This document shows, in pieces, positions 60,256 to 64,000 of a stretch of 64,000 nt of DNA. This stretch comes from Burkholderiaceae bacterium (lineage in GTDB: Bacteria; Pseudomonadota; Gammaproteobacteria; Burkholderiales; Burkholderiaceae_D), in NCBI GenBank assembly GCA_019751755.1, contig JAIENA010000185.1, positions 559 through 64,558 of the forward strand, in the 5' to 3' direction. The position numbers and the translations under genes were made by a program. Each line of letters begins with the position of its first letter. Position 1 is the first letter of the stretch. Below the pieces are notes generated by a model. The model was not told where the DNA came from, ran no database searches, and worked only from the letters and a program-made list of their open reading frames with translations.

Positions 60256-60563
60256 AGGAATTAAACATGGCGTTCGTAATCTATAGCGAAGAAGATGGCG
60301 TATTTATCGGCGAATGCATGGGACTTGGGTTCTGGTCTAAGCTCGATCCAGCCGATCAGGATTGCGCCGTGACTTTCCCAAGTGTGGATGCGGCTGAAGC
60401 GTTCATGGCCGGATGGGAGGGGGGCCGCCCAGCCCGAGCAACCTTGGTTCCTGTGGTCCCCGACCAGGCGGACGGATTTGCCTCCATCGCAGCTTGCATG
60501 CGCGCTGGGCTCCCAGAATGGATCACCGGCGATAGCGAGACCGGGAACTGCAGGCCGATCTAG
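60252..60563 (+). CDS. hypothetical protein (103 aa)
   Basis: Its ATG overlaps the methyltransferase stop (ATGA). Confidence 0.45.
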   Translation: MKELNMAFVIYSEEDGVFIGECMGLGFWSKLDPADQDCAVTFPSVDAAEAFMAGWEGGRPARATLVPVVPDQADGFASIAACMRAGLPEWITGDSETGNCRPI

Positions 60564-60627
60564 TCTCGCCCGCTCGGCCATGCCGATGTCGCGCCGCTGC
60601 ATGAGGACTGTAACTTGAAAAATTTCT

Positions 60628-60655
60628 AGTTTATCTAAAGAACTTTAGATAAACT
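60628..60655. promoter_or_regulatory. 13-bp perfect palindrome AGTTTATCTAAAG-aa-CTTTAGATAAACT
   Basis: In the AT-rich leader, 19 nt upstream of the abiEii ATG. Operator-like. Confidence 0.55.
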
Positions 60656-60673
60656 TCCAATAAAGGAGAATTT

Positions 60674-61573
60674 ATGGGAAAGCGACAACTAGCGCCAGCT
60701 GAGGCGTTCGATTTGCGCCAGGCGCTGCATGTGGCGGTGCTGGAAGCGTTGATGGCATCGCGCCGTTGGGAGCCGGGCGAATTGATTTTCCAAGGGGGCA
60801 CCAGCCTGCATCTGGTTCACGGCTCACCGCGGTTTTCCGAGGATCTCGACTTCCTCGTAGCCGACTCCCTGAAGCTGGGTTCAATCGGATCGTCGATCCA
60901 GTCGCGCTTGGCGGGGACCTCGTGGCTGCCTGAAGACATGGCGCTGAGCGTCACGACGCCCAAGGACGGCCGCAATCCGCATGTGTTCGACGTCGCCGTC
61001 AGCGGCGAGGGTGTCCTCGGGTCCGTGCGAGTCAAGGTTGAGTTCTGGCAGACCCCGGTCGAGGCCCTCAAGCCGCTGGATACGGCGGTCCACCCGGTGC
61101 GCCTGATTGTCGGCCGCGCCGCCGGCGCAAAGGCGTTCGTCCCGACGCTCGAGTTGAAGGAAATTTTCGTCGACAAGGTGTTCGCCGTGGTCGCCCGCCC
61201 CTACTTGAAGCCGCGCGACGTCTTCGATCTGTATTGGCTGGCCGAGCGCGGCGAGGCCCAGGCATGCACGGAAGAAGACCTGGCGGTCCGGCTTGCAACC
61301 TATCCAAACGAGACTCCGCAGAACTGGCTTGAGAAGGCTACAGCGAGGCGCAAGGAGCTGCTCGGCTCCGCAGACAAGGTTAAGGTCGACCTGCGCCGGT
61401 GGTTGCCGCCATCGTGGCCCCTGTCGGACGACAGGGTGCGCAGTATGATCGACGCGTCCGTGCTGGCGCTCGATCGCGGCGTGCAGAGCATGCGGGCGCT
61501 TGCCGATGCAGAATGCGAAGCCCCGGCCGATGAATCGGACCCCGAGCCTGACCAGGGCGCTCCAGCACCATGA
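60674..61573 (+). CDS. abiEii: AbiEii/AbiGii-family nucleotidyltransferase toxin
   Basis: FQGGTSLHLVHGSPRFSEDLDFLV is the family hallmark. Confidence 0.8.
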   Translation: MGKRQLAPAEAFDLRQALHVAVLEALMASRRWEPGELIFQGGTSLHLVHGSPRFSEDLDFLVADSLKLGSIGSSIQSRLAGTSWLPEDMALSVTTPKDGRNPHVFDVAVSGEGVLGSVRVKVEFWQTPVEALKPLDTAVHPVRLIVGRAAGAKAFVPTLELKEIFVDKVFAVVARPYLKPRDVFDLYWLAERGEAQACTEEDLAVRLATYPNETPQNWLEKATARRKELLGSADKVKVDLRRWLPPSWPLSDDRVRSMIDASVLALDRGVQSMRALADAECEAPADESDPEPDQGAPAP

Positions 61574-62196
61574 AAAAGACGATTTCGGCACACGAGCGAC
61601 TTGCCTCGCTGCCAGCAGTCTTTCGCGGCGCAGATCTAACGGTCCGTTTCCAGTGGTCATCTAAGACGGCATCGCACTACCTGTATTTGTGGAAGCGCCG
61701 CGGCCTAGTGGCCAGCCTGGGCGGTCACAGTGACGTTTTCGCTAACCTGGTCGTCGGTCGGGAACCTAACTGGGAAGCGGCGTTGCGGTTGGCAATGCCG
61801 TCGGCGGTGCTGGTCGGTGTGGAGATCCTCCGGCGCGCCGGCTGGACCACGCAGATCCCATATTGCCCCGAGGTGGCGGTGAACTCGGCCGAACCCACCT
61901 ACCAAGTCGAGCATTTCGACGTGAAGTCCAGGCCGCCCGGCTGGTTCAAGCTGCTGGGGCCGGGCATGACGCGGCCGGAGGGGCAGGGTGTCGCGCTTTT
62001 GTCCCCGAGCTGGGCGCTGGCCGAGATGCTCCGAAGCGATGGGTGGGGAGCGTGCGGGCTGGCGCCCGACGACATCTACTGGGACGAAGTGACGGAAAGC
62101 GATCGGGTGGAGTGGGCGGCAGCCTGCGAAGCCCTGGGCATGGCAAATTTGGAAATGAATCCCGATATGGAGGGCGACTGCGGCCGCTGCCGCTAA
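61570..62196 (+). CDS. abiEi: AbiEi-like antitoxin / transcriptional regulator
   Basis: N-terminal winged-helix-like segment (AVFRGADLTVRFQWSSKTASHYLYLWKRRGLVASLG). Its ATG overlaps the toxin stop (ATGA). Confidence 0.55.
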   Translation: MKKTISAHERLASLPAVFRGADLTVRFQWSSKTASHYLYLWKRRGLVASLGGHSDVFANLVVGREPNWEAALRLAMPSAVLVGVEILRRAGWTTQIPYCPEVAVNSAEPTYQVEHFDVKSRPPGWFKLLGPGMTRPEGQGVALLSPSWALAEMLRSDGWGACGLAPDDIYWDEVTESDRVEWAAACEALGMANLEMNPDMEGDCGRCR

Positions 62197-62360
62197 TGCC
62201 AGCGCTGCCATCGCGTGGGATGTTTGCGAGACATGCATTTGAACCGGGATAATAGAATGATCACCCCTAGGAAGAGTTCCCAGCAGAACCAGACGCCCGG
62301 CTCGACCGGGCTTTGGCGTTGAGAGGGTTGGGCACTGTGCTCGACTGGTGAGGATGTGAA

Positions 62361-62738
62361 TTGATGTCACAGATTTTTTTGCGTGCGCTGTATGAGGGCG
62401 AGCCAGTTGAAATTATGGCCGGCTGGTCTCCGATGGAATCACAAGTCTTCGTGAAAGTCGCAGCGCTCGACTGCGAAGGTGAATGGCGAGAAGACGTACC
62501 TCTCGGGCTCGATGCATGGAATGATGTCGATATCCTTCCCACTGAGATTGCGGCAGCCGTCGCATTGGTAGAGCCTTTAATGGAAAAGCTTGCGCCGCTT
62601 GGTTTGGACGTTCCTGACGAGATGCTTGTCGAGATTGCTTCCCATGTTGTTCTCGATCTTGGCAATGTAATTGTCCGCTATACCAGCGATGGACATCGGG
62701 AACTCGTTCGCGGTGGAGTCCCTGGGTACGACAACTGA
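62361..62738 (+). CDS. hypothetical acidic protein (125 aa)
   Basis: ORF only. Confidence 0.4.
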   Translation: MMSQIFLRALYEGEPVEIMAGWSPMESQVFVKVAALDCEGEWREDVPLGLDAWNDVDILPTEIAAAVALVEPLMEKLAPLGLDVPDEMLVEIASHVVLDLGNVIVRYTSDGHRELVRGGVPGYDN

Positions 62739-62751
62739 ACGGGAACAGGTC

Positions 62752-62991
62752 ATGTCGCACAACCAGAACGTACTTGCCAAGATGCTGGCAATTTTCGCGG
62801 TAAGAAAGGCGCAGACAGGGGTACAACTGTCGCCGCATCTGAAGCTGATGTCGGCGTTGGAGGAGGCTATCTGTGACGCCAGAGCGCGACGAGACGCCAT
62901 CTCAGCCGAAGGCGGCGCAGGGTCGGTGCAATACCTTCATCTAAACGACCAAGTTGCAAGGTGGGAAGCCGCCAGTCGCCAAAATCGGTAA
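62752..62991 (+). CDS. hypothetical protein (79 aa)
   Basis: ATG 62752, inner start of listed ORF 62671..62991. Confidence 0.3.
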   Translation: MSHNQNVLAKMLAIFAVRKAQTGVQLSPHLKLMSALEEAICDARARRDAISAEGGAGSVQYLHLNDQVARWEAASRQNR

Positions 62992-63183
62992 TCGGGGAAA
63001 TTCCCACTTTGATCAACGGTGCGGAATGGACCGCCTACCACCAAACACCAATTGGCTGGACAGTTGGTGGTAAATCGGACCCTGGTAGTGGATCCTGCAA
63101 GCCCGCAAGTGCTTTCGCAGTAAAAGCGCGATGCGTCACGTAAGGCTCGCCCGCGCGACGAGGCATTGATAGGAGAGGTAACC

Positions 63184-64000
63184 TTGGAGCAGATATGCAC
63201 ATTCGGTGCTTGCAGCACCACCATCGACGACCTCCAGCTGTTTCGCGGCGCGGCTGACCCGTACGTCGCTTCCATGCTGACCAACTGCCCCGTCGTGAGT
63301 GTGGCCTGCGGTGAGCGCGTCGACGATGGAAGCCGCGAGCGACTGTTCATTGTGCTGTCAGGTCAGCTTGAGATCGGCGCCGATGCGCGCAGTGGGGGGG
63401 AAGATGGCGGCACCCGCATTCTGCCTGGCGAAAGCGCTGGCGAACAGGCGGTGATTGACGACTCAGCCGAGCTGGCCACGATGACGGCGCTCGAGGATAG
63501 CGAGTTGTTGGTAATCGACTCCGTCACGGTATGGGCTTTGATGGAGCGGTCTCACGCATTGTCGCTCAACCTCCTGCGTCTCCTATCATTTCGCATTCGC
63601 GCAGCCAACGCGCTGGCACAGCGGCGCCAGAAGCTGGGCAATTTCTACCGCCAGCTGTCCCTCAACGACGCCCTCACCGGTCTGTATAACCGGGCCTGGC
63701 TCAACGATATGCTGCCAAAGCTGGCAGCGCGCGCGGCCCAGGACGGTGGTTCGCTGTCGCTGGTCATGGTCGACCTCGACCACTTCAAGCGCTTCAACGA
63801 CACCCACGGACACGTCGCCGGTGACGCCGCACTGATTGCTGCGGCGAGCGCACTTCGTGACGGACTGCGGCCGTCTGATTTCGCAGTACGGTACGGTGGA
63901 GAAGAGATGATGGTCATACTTCCGGGCACAAGCCTGGACCAGGCTGTCATGGTGGCCCAGCGGCTGTGCGAGAGCTTGCGCGAAGCCGTTGTGTTTGCGG
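63184..64000 (+). CDS. cyclic-nucleotide-binding domain + GGDEF diguanylate cyclase, 3' end off-window
   Basis: Frame 1 is open from stop 63121 to the window end, so it is absent from the ORF track. TTG 63184 follows AGGAGA. LQLFRG...ILPGESAGEQAVID fits a cNMP-binding fold. The remaining motifs are LTGLYNRAWL, MVDLDHFKRFNDTHGH and RYGGEEMMVIL. Confidence 0.8.
   Translation, partial: MEQICTFGACSTTIDDLQLFRGAADPYVASMLTNCPVVSVACGERVDDGSRERLFIVLSGQLEIGADARSGGEDGGTRILPGESAGEQAVIDDSAELATMTALEDSELLVIDSVTVWALMERSHALSLNLLRLLSFRIRAANALAQRRQKLGNFYRQLSLNDALTGLYNRAWLNDMLPKLAARAAQDGGSLSLVMVDLDHFKRFNDTHGHVAGDAALIAAASALRDGLRPSDFAVRYGGEEMMVILPGTSLDQAVMVAQRLCESLREAVVFA

Noticed and set aside
1-64000. Search for CRISPR arrays, rRNA, tRNA/tmRNA and retron or DGR-type repeats associated with the reverse transcriptase.
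   Set aside because: No regularly spaced direct repeats, no tRNA-like GGTTCGAATCC arms and no template/variable repeat pair were seen by eye. The only RT has clear group II intron maturase features.

Overview
All calls below come from reading the sequence and ORF translations by eye. No database, HMM or folding tool was run, so family names are motif- and synteny-based hypotheses.

The window is high-GC (about 60% by eye), proteobacterial-looking DNA. It reads as an internal slice of a large conjugative or integrative element.

- **Left third (about 3-14.3 kb):** Dot/Icm-type (type IVB, IncI-like) mating-pair-formation genes in the canonical order icmL-icmK-icmE-icmG-icmC-icmD-icmJ-(two inserted ORFs)-icmB.
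- **14.3-31.8 kb:** an AbrB/MazE-type cassette and an abundant-looking unknown protein. Next come a group II intron sitting right behind a rho-independent terminator and a 1998-aa Strawberry-notch-like helicase. These are followed by a topoisomerase III gene split into two overlapping ORFs, a block of small regulator-like genes, and two secreted proteins.
- **Middle (31.9-43.5 kb):** a lower-GC lipoprotein pair, a five-gene translationally coupled operon containing a bactofilin, DsbC, a phosphatase/GNAT block and an internal tyrosine recombinase.
- **Right third (43.8-62.2 kb):** accessory genes. These include a GHKL-ATPase/HExxH fusion, RdgC, many small unknown ORFs and a multiply frameshifted pseudogene. 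Further right are an AAA+ ATPase, a PAPS-reductase-like gene with two methyltransferase-type genes, and AbiEii/AbiEi.
- **Right edge:** a cNMP-binding GGDEF gene runs off the window.

I saw no rRNA, tRNA or CRISPR array.

The most striking signal is a 13-bp box, (T/G)TGCAACCACGC(C/G). It recurs 17 times in non-coding or gene-junction positions. In most copies it sits exactly 13 nt upstream of a -10-like hexamer and points at the next gene. This suggests an element-wide private promoter class controlled by one factor.
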